NCBI RefSeq assembly: GCF_001194135.2
Contig: NC_068981.1
Coordinates: forward strand, 58,907,225-58,941,460
Source: Octopus bimaculoides
Lineage: Eukaryota
Direction: 5' to 3'
Length of the DNA: 34,236 nucleotides
The translations under genes and the position numbers were made by a program. Positions 11,960-25,620 of the stretch are shown one piece after another. Positions within the stretch are counted from its first letter, which is position 1. The number at the start of each line of letters is the position of its first letter. Below the pieces are notes generated by a model. The model ran no database searches. It had not been told where the DNA came from and saw only the letters and a program-made list of their open reading frames with translations.

Positions 11960-13058
11960 TTACAAAATCTCATTAAAGTAACAAATTAAAGAGCAGTACC
12001 CTTAATCATATATGGAGTTGGAATAATAGACTGAACCAGAAAAGAAGTAAAGAAACTTGACAAAAAAAACTAGGAAGTTGTTGACGATGTATGGAGCCCA
12101 CCATTCGAAAGCTGATATCAACCGGCTGTACTTGAGGAGATTGAGGAGAGACCAGGGTGGACGAGGCTTAATAACAGTAGAATAATGTGTACAGATGGAA
12201 AGAAAAAGCCTAGTAGGGTATTTATAGAGCATTACAGAAAAACTACTAAACTTACTTAAGAAAGAACAGGTAATGAGGCGGGTAATAGGAGAAAAGGACA
12301 AGAATGAAATACAAAGAGAACACGTCAGATAGATCGAAGAGAAACCTCTGCATGGTCAAGAAGAACAAGAAGAAAAAAAAAAAGAAAATGAGAGCCTAAT
12401 TGTAGCAGCTCAAGATCAGGCGATAAAACAAACAGCTTGAGAAAAATATACACGAAGAAAATGTGTCAGAAAAATGTAGAGCCTGTGGTACTTGGAACGA
12501 GAAGAATATAAGTGGAAGAATATAAAAAATGGAGGCACACCCAGGTTGTAAAAGTTTTACACTGGAAACTGCCATCAAGTCGAAAGAATACTAGAGTTGG
12601 AGAGATGTAAGATTTTGTGTTCCCAATTCAAACGGACAAGAAATTAGAAAACCAGATATTATACAATCATAGATAAGCAAAAACGAAGCTGCTTACTTAT
12701 CGCCCCATCATGTCCATTTGATTCCAGGATCGTAAAGAAAGAGGAAGAAGAAAACACAATCCTCTATGATTTGAAATAGGAAGAATTTGGAGCATGCGAA
12801 CAGTGAAGGTCATGCCTATAATAATTGGTGCGCTGGGACCAGTAAGCCAAGATATAGATAAATGACTAAGGGAGATTAAAATAGAATGCCCGGGAGATTT
12901 TCTACAAAACTTGTTTCTTAGGGGCAACAAGGATTATCAGGAGGGTCCTAAGCACTTAAAGACTGCAGAAAACTTGTGGATACCTAAAGTTACATGTAGT
13001 AACCTGCTATCCACAAAATCCCTACCACGAATAAGTCTAAAACTGAGACAAACCAAAA
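11960..13058 (+). mobile_element. 5'-truncated R4/Dong-like LINE (RT thumb, CCHC-like region, RLE), decayed
   Basis: KLDKKTRKLLTMYGAHHSKADINRLY..GGRGL, ESLIVAAQDQAI, CRACG, KPDI and VMPIIIGALG; (TAA)n on both sides. Confidence 0.87.
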
Positions 13059-13084
13059 TAATAATAATAATAATAATTATTATT

Positions 13085-13646
13085 CAGTGAGAGAGCAGCG
13101 AAGGCCATCAAAATGACACTGGTGTACAAATATACGACGGCCAGTATACCCTTCATGATTACTCGTCTGATAAGAATACATCAGACACATGCATCACAAC
13201 CATATGTGCGCGAAATGGTGATCTCATATCAAGATAAACCGTGCATGACCTTGCAAGTGGGGCTCAGTTAGAATTTTCTTCAAGTCGAGTAGCCCGTTCC
13301 ACTCAAAAGGGCCATGAATAAAGGTTGTTTAAAGATGTTGAACGAAACACCCATGTTTTCAGAGATTAATTATTCAAACTCCAAAGAATTCCTCTCAACA
13401 CATGGCTGTGATGCCCCGCCACCCAATACTTCTGTTTGTAATCAAAGATGCACATATCGTCAGCCACGAAGGGAGATGCTCAAGTGTTTAAGGACAAGCA
13501 ACTGACAAGCAAATCTGTGGTATTGAGTAGAATATTTGCTGTAGCCCATCTGTTATACCAAGACAAAACATGTATATGATAACACTTCCAGTCAGTTAAG
13601 ATGAGAAACTATGAGAGCCACTGCTTGGTATTGCATCAGGACATTT
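13085..13646. mobile_element. unclassified ~550-bp non-coding element, copy 2
   Basis: Same orientation and same boundaries as 10512-11058. Confidence 0.85.
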
Positions 13647-14178
13647 ACTATCATTATTTCTTTCAACTCTGTGCTTCTTTATCTCATTGAATAACGATTT
13701 TTATTAGAAGCAAATAACTTCATCGAAATACTATATTTCTAAAAAGTAAATATCAAAAAGTTTATTTTTAACAGATCGAACAGTATTTCTTCATATTTAC
13801 TAATTCTATCGTGTGTCATCAAGTGTAGCCCAGAACTAAAAAAAATACATAACAATAGAAATTACTTAAGTCTAATTGATTTTAATGTTCCAACATTCAA
13901 TAAGCTGTTAACACTAAACCAAAGTAGTCTGCAAGATTGATCGAGTAAAACTGAAGCATTTGATATTACTCTGATATCAACCATGTTTTAGTGTTGTTTA
14001 GCCCCAGGTTTGTTCTGATCGAGCATTTCAAACATCTTTTTGTACATCTAGGGCTATCTTATCTAATGTGTATCTTCTTTTCTTTTAGGCGGTAGGATGT
14101 AAATTTATGGAGATTTGGCTGCTATCTCTAGCAGACCGGGTCACTACTTAGAAGCTCCATTATTGACTTGTTTAGTAA

Positions 14179-14399
14179 GGCGGCGAGCTAGCAGAGTCGT
14201 TAGCTCGCCGGGCGAAATGCTCAGCAGTATTTCGTCTGCTGCTACGTTCTGAATTCTCAAATTCCGCCGAGGTCGACTTTGCCTTTCATCCTTTCGGAGT
14301 CGATAAATTAAGTACCAGTAAAACAATGGGCTTGATGTAATCGACAAGTCCCCTCCCACCAAATTTCAAGGCCTTGTGCCTTCAGTAGAAAGGATTATT
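14179..14399 (+). mobile_element. tRNA-derived SINE family C, full length
   Basis: ggcggcgagctagcagagtcgttagc head, aaattcc B-box remnant, gtcgactttgcctttcatcctttcggagtcgataaattaagtaccag core, aggattatt tail. Confidence 0.9.
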
Positions 14400-14603
14400 G
14401 ACTCGATTAATAGTTGGTTTGGACGGTGTGGAAATTTTTTTTATCATAAGTCTGATCGAGCAGACCTACGATAAATAAAGAAATGGAATTACAGTCGTGA
14501 CCAACCCATCTTTTTTTTTATCACTTCCCTTTTTTTTTAATTGATTAGATGGAGAGTTGACTTGTTTCTAGAAGGTCGACTGACCGCAGAGAGACTTTCT
14601 CTA

Positions 14604-14685
14604 CCAGTCGAGCACTGGGGTCGATGTTATCGACTTAGCTCCTTCCCCGAAGTTGCTGGCCTTATGCCAAAATTTTAAGCCAATA
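14604..14685 (+). mobile_element. SINE family C 3' fragment, alternative tail
   Basis: accagtcgagcactggggtcgatgttatcgac...gaagttgctggccttatgccaaaatttt matches 10407-10490. Confidence 0.7.
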
Positions 14686-15159
14686 CAAAGATGATCTGAG
14701 ATGGAATGAGTTGCATAACCAATATCGTTGAAGTACAACTAAAAGATTGTAGTAGTGTATCTAGAGTGAGTTATCCTCGTCAATTCCTACTTCCTCTAAC
14801 TAATATCTACCCCTGAAAATGATATTAGATCGACAGAGATTGCATAGGCACATTCAATTCAAAAGGCCCACGCACTATCACTCAGTTTCTGCTAGAGGTT
14901 ATGTTTAGGGTATTCGTGTGTTTGTGTGGAGGGATACCCAGTCACTCACATACTAATTCAGTAAGTTAATAGATCAGTCTTTCGAACAACTGGAATAGCC
15001 ATCGTCTTAGCCGAAGAAGGAACCTAATGTTTTGTTTTGTAGTCACATTCCACTTCTAATTAACACAAGTACCACTGGAGAAACAATCTTGCCGTTCTAT
15101 TGACAAATTGACAAATGCCATTTCATTTTCTAAATATTCTTTGAGGAATGTATTAATTC

Positions 15160-15163
<4 letters not shown>

Positions 15164-15221
<58 letters not shown>
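15164..15221. repeat. (TA)n microsatellite
   Basis: Seen directly. Confidence 0.97.
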
Positions 15222-15224
<3 letters not shown>

Positions 15225-17569
15225 CTCTTATATGTATCTCCATCCTCATTTATCTCAAATTGCCTTTCATATTTAAGGTTAATATTTACGTCTAACATTG
15301 TAGAGTGAAATATTAAAGAAACAATGAGAAAGAATCCTATTTTGACTTGTTACTATAAAGAGAAAGTAAATGATAAAATGGAAGTCATAATCGAGCGTAT
15401 TTGGAATTTAAAATGTTATCAAATGTAGGGCATCAGTCATAATACTATCTTTCACTAAGATTTTTTTGTCTTTGATAAACGCCTAGATGTTAACATATTG
15501 TCTAAAAGTCACATGAAGCAATTTCCTAAACATTATAGCATACTTGCCGAATACGTGAATACATACATGCATAATACATACATGCATGATACATACATAA
15601 AAACATACATATACGTACGTTTATCTAAACATGCACAATGCACACGGAGACTTATACACAAATTTACAGCTGTGGATTAACTACAGTCATTTAAGAGAAA
15701 GTCTTCAGACAATGGTGAGTGCAGAAGAGATGAAATACTTGGTAAACATCATTCACAATAAGTAACAACAATAAAGAAAAGGATAAAGAAACAATTAACG
15801 GCAGTATTCAGCACGTGGAATGACCTGTATTTAAATACTACTGTTCAGAGAAAATTGTAATTTATTTTTGTTCTTATAAGTTTTGCCACAATGATAATTC
15901 TAACACAGTAATTTACATATGATGAAAAACAATACGAAACCTTTTCCCCCACACCACGTAGTAGTCTTATCTTTATACAATTATGAAATTTTAGATCCTT
16001 TTGGTAAAAGCTAGCAAGTCATTCTAAATAAAAAAAAAAAAAAACGAAAAAGCATCAAACGTCTGAGACACATTGCACATTTTTCTCTTTAAATATATAT
16101 TAAAAAGGAAAAAAGAATGTAAGCAGCTATACAGAATTAAAGTGCCATATACTGTGTTATTTTTTAATGTCGTAGTCACAAGGTCACAAATGTATAATGT
16201 GAGGAAAATAAGGTCGTAGGACATTCATACAATCTTAAAGAGGTATTTAGTTGTATAGTCTGAGTCGAGAATTGAAACTTGTTCGCGAACTCGGTTAACA
16301 TGGCCCTTATTGCCCTATGTTTGTTGCTTATTCAGATACAAAGTCAACTGTTAAAGGGACATAACACTGCAAACAATCGAATATAGAGTTTAGGTGAGTA
16401 AAAAACAACCTACCCTTGGTAGTAACTGAACTTCAAGGACTTCGCCACATTCTTCTCACGCAATACGAGCTTCTTTTTGATGAGATATATTTTAGAAGAG
16501 TACTGTGAAGTTTGAATCAGGAAATGAAACAGTTTTGCAGTTTAAGCTTGCTGGAAGTTTACTCCTTTGTCGCTATGTTTTAGTTATTTATTTTATTACT
16601 AACAGGTAACAGTAAACAAAAACATCATATAGCTTTAACTCCGGTTGAAAGCATTTCCTGTTATTTACGTTGATAATTCATTCATTTGAGAAAAACACGA
16701 AGGTTATAGTAGTCCGTTTGGTTTCTCTAAAACTAGAAGCCTTATTGCTGATAAGATGAAACTAAGGTTTTAGCGATCTTCTTAAGACTGGTTGCCCTAT
16801 CTCCTCAAAGTTCGCAATCCTAAAATAGAGAGGTGTGATGCAGAAAACATTATCGGATGGGAACACTGAGTAGTAATATGCGCCAAACCTTTGTTTAGAG
16901 GAGAGTAAACTGAGAATTTAAGGCTTCTTTCAATAGCCTCAGGTAAACACGCCAGTCTAGAATGCCCGCCAAAAACAAATGATAAAAAGGGGGTCTATGA
17001 ATATGTTCGAAAAGAGAGCGCTAACATACTTAAATTAATGAGCCAAGAAGTTTCAATTAATTAAAATTACACTCATAAATACAAGAATCAATAATTTTCT
17101 TAGTGATTACCTCTGGTTAAAAAAGGTAGGGGAAACAAACCGTAATTTCAATTTGTTACCAATAGAACGTTGTGGAATTTGACCCCGAGTTAATCCCTTT
17201 TGACTAGTTAGGAAGGCTTTATATACTTCGAGAGTGAAAACATGATGGTTATATCTTTTCCGGAGAGCATTATTGATTTGAATGAAATTCTTTGGATCAG
17301 GAATTGAAATCGTATGATGGACTTGACTCATCGAGGGCTCATAGGGTCCAACCAATAGGATATGGAACCACATGGTGAACTTGGCTTGTCACAACTCTAG
17401 CTCTTACTCTACATCACTAGCTACAGGAACAATAAATATATTTGTTTTTAAGTTGATGAGCTACAAAAGATGCTACATGTTAGTGGGTATAAGGTGTTGT
17501 AATATTAATGTCTTTCCCACGAAGTGAAATGGCTTTAACTAGGAAATGAAACTGTGATGTGAATCTTGA

Positions 17570-17880
17570 AAAACACAAATGCAACGTGGTTAAAAACTTT
17601 GATAACCATGGAGTACATAGAACAAATCTGATAATCATATCCCATCATTTGCCTTTGTAATAAACTTTTAAAATTGTAAAGAGACTTTATGGACACCCTG
17701 TATGATTGACGAAAGCCTTCAAATCCATTGACAGTATTGAGTTAATATCCTCATACCACCCCTATCACATGGAGAATTTGGAAATAGTTGAACTTGGCAT
17801 GCATTACATTCACTTAACATAAAGTATGGAAATATAGCCTTCAAGAAGTTCACCAATGATTCCATGTAATATGAGATTCT
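17570..17880 (+). pseudogene. possible very old LINE reverse-transcriptase remnant
   Basis: Broken-frame echoes of QxG, STxxQI, LTKAFKSID (cf. DLxKAFDS) and KYG...FH.NM appear in the expected order; heavily mutated. Confidence 0.35.
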
Positions 17881-19273
17881 CGCTTTTTCTTTCGAAGAAT
17901 AAGATGAAGAAAACCACACGAGTTATATATAAATGTATAAGAGAAAGGCGAGATTTCATAGTTTATGAATTAACATTAGAAATTTTTAAGGTGTGACGAT
18001 CGAGTAAAGAGAGAAATGGTAAGTTCAAAAGAATTTAAAAGTTAATGTAGGCGTTGTGTTGGTCTGTCGTTAGGTTCTAAGTAATCTATGAATACTCGTT
18101 ATATTTGTTTTCATTTACAAGTGTGACAAAAATGCGTGATAATATTTCATAATTTTTACGTTTTAAATCCACATTACTTTAGGGAAGGATTAAGCCCGTT
18201 TTCCTAATACAAAATAATTTAAATTAGATAATATTTTGTATTTCGACGTCAGATTATGTGAAATTTAAAAGAAGCAAAACAGTTGTGAATACGTTCGTAC
18301 ACACAGACGTGCATATATATATATTAAAACACATGTGCATAGAAATGAAAACTAATTATATTATGAGCGCCTGATTGAGTTTAAGATTAATATATAACAG
18401 AATTATCATTCATGTTGTAACTATTATAGATTAGTTTTTTAAAGTTTGGTACGTTATCAAAACTCAATAATGGAAAATATATTGCCAAAATAACTAGGTA
18501 CTACTAAGTCAAACTGATAAATGTCATATGTATTAGTACAATTAATTATATCCCTCTTCCACAAGACTTAATAACTCGACACTAAGAACTGGAAAAAATA
18601 ATCGATTTAGAACAGCTGCTACAACATTTATAAGGAAATTGTGTCCATTAAGTTAAATTTTAAGAGAAAATATAATATGATACATCGGCAAGACTACGTG
18701 AAATAGAATAAATTAAACGACGAAAGAGGAATTAAAAGCAAAACAAAAACTGTTTGTTAAACAAATTAAAGCACTAGTGATTACAGATAGGTTAAATACT
18801 TGCGGTGAGAAACGGGTTTAATATTTGAATGATCAAAATATTAACTGTTCTGCGTGAGAGTCAATGACTGGCAAACATCTCTTTTGAAGATGCCTTGGTA
18901 TACAGTCACACTTGCATGTGTCATAAGATTCTGTAATTGTTGAAAATTAATTTATGCTAATGCATTCAACCAATGAAAAAAGAGAAATGCTTTTGAGTTC
19001 TGGTTACCCTTTACTTATATAGTAAGATAATTCTACATTCTTGCTGTCGCATCTTAACAGAATCGGTTTAGACATAATGTTATCCAGTTCACCTCTAATA
19101 TATTCTTGAACGAAATTTAATAAGAAAATGCAATAAAGGTTTCATTTGCGATCTGAATTAAGAATTATCTTTGATCTTGAATATACTATTAGTAGTAATT
19201 AGTGTCAGTCATATTATTACTCTTAATTTAAAAACATATATGTTCATAGTTTAAGTCCAATCCAGACTATGTA

Positions 19274-21644
19274 CGAGGGTCGCCACAAAAGTAATGCAAA
19301 TGTGGGCGTAACTTTTTATTAACTTACATAGATCATTCAAACGACACAAATTAGCAGAAAACTCTTCCTCTATAGTAGTTTTTCTTCCTGTTCACATTAA
19401 CTGCAGGAAAATAATTAGTTACCAGTAGAAGCAATGCGCCATCATTAAGGTTTTGACGAAAGAGGGATGCATCATTAAGGTTTTGATGAAGGATGGATGC
19501 AGGCGTCCGATCTCCAAAGAAGGCTACAGAGATGCTATCATTGGTAAGAGCGATGTGCACAGACAGATTGATAAGTTTAAAAAAGGGGAAACCAGCATAG
19601 AAGATTAACAAATGCAATGGGAATCATCAACTGCGACCACAGACACGATGCGTCAGGGAGTGGATGAATTGATTTGCACGAACAGACGAATCACAATCCA
19701 TGTGCTTGCTAGACAACTAGACTGTGTGGTCACAATGCATTACAGAAAATGGTTGGAAGGCTTTGGGTATCGGAAAGTGTGTGCACAGTAGGCACTTCGA
19801 TAGATGACATGCGATTAAAAGGAGAGACATGTGGAAGTCTGTGCTGATCTGCTGGAAGAATTCGAAGCCGAGGAAGGTATGTTTTTTCCATTATAGTGAT
19901 AGGGAATGAACTGTGGGTGCATCTTTATGATCCAGAAGTGAAGGATCAGTCCATGGAATAGCGTCATATCTCTCTTATAGCGCATAAGTTACAGAATCAG
20001 CGATCGGCACAGAAAGTCATGGTGACTTTTTGTTTTGGATGGCAAGGGAGTCATTCTTCTTCCTTTTCTGGAACATGACTGTGAACAGCGAGCTGTACAC
20101 TGAAACGTTCAAAATGCTTAGAGAAGCTATTAGGAGGAAGAGACCAAGGAAGAATCTGAAAATGATCCACATTGAATATGGCAATAAGTGGCATACACGT
20201 CACTGACAACAAATCAGGCAATTGGCAAATTGGGCCGATCACTGCTTCTCCATTCATTGAACAACAACGCAGGTCAGGCATCGACTGACTTCCACCTTAT
20301 TGGTACAATGAAGGACAGTGTAATCAAATCGGAAATAACGATTTCATGAGACACAGACGTGTGAAAGTGGGTATAATAGAGTATTACTGACATTTTTCAA
20401 AGAGGATTCGAGAGTTGGGTTTAACGATGATGTGAATGCATCGCTTGTGATGGAAACTATGTTGAGTAATACCTTTGTATTGAGTAAGAGTTACTCTATC
20501 AACAGTGATCTATGACAGCGGGAGATGTTTCACGAAAACTGACCAGGAAGTAAAAGATCACTGAACTTCAGTATGCCCATGACAACGCAGCAGCCTGCTA
20601 CTCCAGTGAACAGCTTCAACAATCATTGAATAACTTCATCAATGCTTACACTCAGTTTGGTCTAAAATTCAATATCAAAAAGACAAAAATCCGGATACAA
20701 CCCGTTCTAAGTCAGGAAACTCCAGATCTCAACATTACCATCTTGGAGACGCCACTGGAGAAAGTTAACCGCTTTTCATACCTAGGAAGTTTACTTTCGA
20801 ATGAGTGCACATCGGAAGAGAACATGGAGAACCGATTAAGAGCGGTTCACACCGCGTTTGGTGGACTCGCAAAAAGGGTCTTTAAGAACAAAGATCTGGA
20901 CCACAAAACAAAATTGAGTGTCTACCAAGCAGTCGTGATCTCCACTCTCTTCTACGGTTGTGAAACCTGGACTCTTTATTACCGAAGTGACGTCAACAAA
21001 CTAGAGCTGTTTCACCAACAGAAGCTTCACTCTATTATGAATATTAAATGGAACGACTATGTGATCGATATCTCCATTTTGGAGAGAACGAAAAGCAGCA
21101 GCATCGAGGCTACCATCCTGAAACATCATCTGAGATGGGCGTGCCACGTAGCAAGAATGACAGAAAACAGGCTGCCACGTCAAATTTTATACGGTGAACA
21201 TTCCACTGGAAGAAGACTTCGTGGCCGTCCCCTCCGTCGATACAAGGATCAGCTGAAGCAAAGCCTGAGACATTGAAGCTCAGGACAGGCCGGCTGGCAT
21301 CATTTCATCTCCACTGTGACAGATCATTTTGAAGCTGAACGGCAGAGGAATGAGGAAGAGAAACGACAAGAAAGAAAATGGAGGCTGCAACAACCAAAGT
21401 CTCCACCACGGATCCCTTGTCCTTTTGCAACAGACACTTCCATGCAAGAATCTGCCTTATTAGTCATCAGAGGCATAAGCACGGACAGAGGGAAAGAAGT
21501 AGTCAAGAAGGAACCAAATAAATTATCGGACACACGATACAACGCCGCCGACGACGACTCTACCAACATGTGCTATCTGAAAAATTTTCGTCAGTTAATG
21601 AAACAGTTATGCTACCTTTTGCATTATTTTCGGAACGGCACTTA
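19274..21644 (+). mobile_element. old mariner transposon interrupted by an RTE LINE
   Basis: TA, then TIR cgagggtcgccacaaaagtaatgcaa. Transposase remnants include GYRKVCAQ and IVIGNELWVHLYDPEVKDQSME (cf. IVTGDETW). A degenerate right TIR at 21619-21646 gives about 18/28 ungapped matches. About 1.3 kb remains once the LINE is removed. Confidence 0.85.
20514..21556 (+). mobile_element. 5'-truncated RTE-clade LINE (RT C-terminal half)
   Basis: ELQYAHD (YADD mutated) lies just upstream of ORF 20626..21276, which has FSYLGS, YGCETWT and LRWACHVARM..RLPRQILYGE..GRP.RRYKD. A frameshifted CPFCNRHF..LISHQRH zinc knuckle and a (GAC)n tail follow. Confidence 0.93.
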
Positions 21645-23989
21645 CACATATTCAGAAATAAAATTTCTGATTTTTCTCTTTCGGTTTGTAATAGTTAAGG
21701 TACGCTTTCTATCAATGACCAAGTTAAGGAAGAAACGTTTTATTAACAATGACTTAAAAGAAACATAGGACCTTTATTCTAAGTAGAATAAAGTAAAATG
21801 TATAGTAGTGAATTTACAGAAACAGTGGTTTACCTTATTGGATGCTTCTTAATACTCGGTTTCATTCTTCCATGCTCTGACTTTAAACATCTCAAGTTAT
21901 TTCAAATTTTCCTGAGTCACTAGAAAATAGTATGAATCAAATGCTGAGTTTAACATAACAAATACAGTACTTCTCTGTTATTCCTGTTATGTTCCCCTAC
22001 AGATTAGGTAAAAACAAGTGGCAATAATGCATTAACGGCAATTTCTTCAAATTTATCATAATGTTTGTGTAAAATATAGACATTATATTTATTTGCGTAG
22101 ATACAAACATCCTATAATAATAGTAGGGAATGAATTTGAAATTTGTGATCCAAATGTCCTTCTCAAGCTGAAACATGTATTCTGTGATTACTTTTAGCCT
22201 TCTGAGTTCTCTGCTTTTGTATACAATATTATGATACCCAGAATTTTCACTTATGTCGAAAAACATGAACTTTGAAACTTCCCACATGAACAAATTATAA
22301 AAAAATATTTGTATTATACTAACATAAGAAACTATAATTATCTGCTCTCAGATAATTTTGCTTCCACATAACCTTTTTTGCCCAATAGCTTAACAAAAAT
22401 TACCGACTTCCTTTAGAGAAGTAGAAAAAAATACTCCTTCAAACGAGCAACAAGAAATAGACAGATGAAAAGCAAGAAAAACAAAAGCAAAATAAACAAG
22501 AAAACCAATAGAAAACAAATAAGACAGACAAACTTCGAATGCCATTCAACATGAGATTGTTAAATTATACGGATGGAAACGTTGGCCAGCTTAAAAGCAA
22601 ATTGAACTTGATACTCATGTCTCTTTATACTGGTGGAATGAATTTGCTTTTTTAATTTTTTTCTCTCCAATGTCATGTCAGGTCTCATTTCTTCAACCCG
22701 GAAAGAAAATGAATTCTTAAACTATACGTATTGGTTCAAGTGATAACTTCCAAGCAATTTTGAAACCACTTTCATTGGCCAACAATCAACTTTTTTTTTA
22801 TTGTATCCTGATTTATTTTTTGGGTTTTTCTAATAAAGGAAGAAAATGGCAGGTGCTGCTGACAAATAATCTTATTGAAGATGTTCTGTTGTCTACGCCC
22901 AGTTACTTTCTCATCGAAGACAATATGATATTTACTATATTTTTTGTTCTTTCGACAGTGTTTATAATGCAGCCAATAAAGCGTAGAATCCTATTCATAC
23001 AAGAACTTCAGTAGAATTATTACAGAATTGTATTGTGAGACAAATTGAAATGTAAGATCTAGGGAAATGACAGAGTGGTAGCATGACAGCAACATATGCT
23101 TTCAATAAGATAAAATAAAATTGAAACTACTTTTTGAATGATAATAAAATACAGTACTACAAAATGAGATGAATATTGAAAAGCGATCTTTCCAGTTGTA
23201 TCCAAAGGAATTGAGCCTCAATATTTTTCAGTGGTGAACTACTGCAGTTATCTGAATTAAGTTACTTCTTTTGTTGTGAACATATTGCGACTCTAGTAGC
23301 AAGGTACGAGTTGTCGATCATTTGATTTGTAGTCTGGAAGCTGTCAGTTCGGATTGCTGTTAATTCCAAGTCAATACTGATAGAAAAATACTTAGGGTAA
23401 CCCCGTCTTTTTTCAGGCATCGTGTATCTAGGATTACTTTAACCAATCTAGTCTAGAAAACCGAGCGATTGTACAGAAGCTTCTTTACTGACCCAATGAA
23501 GGCTTCTTTCTTTGACCTCGTTTAAAGTGAATTGAACACTGTGATGTCAAGTGAAATATGAAGTGAGGTGAAGAGAGATGTGAAATGAGACAAAAGCTGA
23601 AAGTATGATTTGAACTGAGTTTTGAACTTGCCTAATTTAAGCCATAAAATAAGAAATATAAGAATTTGAGCCATAAAATAAGAATGAACAAAAATGTGAA
23701 AGTAACACCTGAATAGAATCCACAACTAAAGATCGTTAATGTCCTTTGGAGAAAGGAGGTGGATTGTAAATTAATGAGAGTGTCCTGCAGTAGAATAATT
23801 TAATTAGTCAACATAATGTTCATTAATTAAAGTAAGTTCTCTGTTCATTTTTTAACCCAGGTTCTTGCTTCAGTTAATTTTACATTACTTGCATCTTATT
23901 TCAAAGATGTTTATTTGAAGAGAATCATGTTGAATCAAAAACATATTTTCATTTTATTCTGCATTTATAAATTATTTGCATTGATAAAG

Positions 23990-24070
23990 CATTTTCATTA
24001 ATAAAACATTTTCATTAATAAAACATTTTCAGTTGATTAATAAAACAATGTTCCATTAATAAAACATTTT
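23990..24070. repeat. 17-bp tandem minisatellite (cattttcattaataaaa), about 4 decaying units
   Basis: Seen directly. Confidence 0.85.
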
Positions 24071-25084
24071 AATTGAAAACGCCAAGAGTGACGTCGTAAA
24101 AGTAGAAATATTTGAAAATGAAACCGTATCAAGTTTGGTCGGTATTTAAATAAGTAACTTTTAACTCTTACGAATTAAGCCCTCAGAAATACTTTAAAAA
24201 CAAATGAAAAGATCTTAGGATATTTTTTTTGTAAATCTTATTCTTCTGCAGATAAACATACTTTAAAACAAATTATTCTTGCTAAAAACATTAGAATGAT
24301 CTGCCAAGAGGCAAAAACAAAACAAAAAAGACCCAACTAAAACAATAAATAAGCTTTAATTAACTCTCTTTCAGCTGGCCTGGGTAGTTCTTTCAATGGA
24401 GATCTCTGATGATATTTAGAAGTTCAAAACCTGTTTGAGAAAATTTATTGGGAAAATTAATGTATTCATTCTCTTTCACTATCGTTAAATTTACCCAAAA
24501 GGAATCTTCTGTTAGTTTTTTATCTTGACAAACTTGCAATTTTTAAATACTACATCGCAAATCAGCGCGGAATTCATCATGTTGAGCAGCCGGAGACTCT
24601 TGTCTAGTAAAAAAAAAGATAAAATAAAACGAAACCAAAAAGGAGAAAAAATGCACCGAGTAATTTCATTGAATATCATATCGAGTAACAACATTTGTAT
24701 TATCATAGATGTTTGTAAAAACAATATTGAAAAAGAAGATTTGTCTTAGTGATGTATCTTATTTACCAGACAGTTTTATATATTTTAATCCTATTGTTAT
24801 TATCATAGGGTTTTATTCTATAGTCTAATGAAATATTTTCTATTATAATACATTTTCGTGAATGAATAGTTAATATTTATACTAAATATCGATTAAAGTA
24901 TAGAAATATTGTGTTAGACATATAATGTTTACTACAAAAAACATACTATTTTAGTCTCGTTATGAAAAGTAATCATAGTTTCATCCCTCTGTGGGCATAA
25001 GAAAGTGGGATCGATCTACTCGTTTCTAATGTTACTCTTCATCAGAAAAAGAATATTCATTTTCCGTTCCTGAGTAGAACTTTG

Positions 25085-25085
<1 letters not shown>

Positions 25086-25153
<68 letters not shown>

Positions 25154-25196
25154 ATGTCTGTCTATCTATCTGTTTGTCTGTCTGTCTGTCTGTCTG
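25086..25196. repeat. (TATC)n grading into (TGTC)n microsatellite
   Basis: Seen directly. Confidence 0.95.
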
Positions 25197-25620
25197 TTAT
25201 TAAAATGTGTGTACAAAATTATTTAACATGTACACAGATTCCGTCTTGTTAGAGAAATTAGCCTTATAGGCAGGCATTGTGTGTGAAAAACACATTAGTG
25301 TGTTATGAATGATGTCATCGCACCCAGCTAACGTTTTTTTCACGTTTGAATGTACACAAGTGTGTTCAATATAGTTACATATACAGCTATTTTAATCATC
25401 GCTATTTTAGTGCGCTTCTAATTAGTTCATTCCACCCTGACAAAACTTCGTATACAGAAAATTTATTACGTTTTTGTTGTTTAAATATAAGGGCGGCAGT
25501 TCTTAGAGGGTTATGAATGTAGGATTTGTGTTTGCTGCTCATTAAGCACAATGACGCAGAAATGCATATCGTTCAGTAATACAAAGGAGTTTATATAAGT
25601 TAGATGTTAACTTATTCTAG

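Noticed and set aside
15671-15715. 45-nt plus-strand open segment bounded by cag and gtgagt (LWINYSHLRESLQTM)
   Set aside because: Weak pyrimidine tract and no partner exon identified.
17107-17373. 88-aa minus-strand ORF ending near a gtaatc donor
   Set aside because: No recognisable domain, no in-frame acceptor, and ORFs of this length are expected by chance. It may be antisense to an old LINE remnant.
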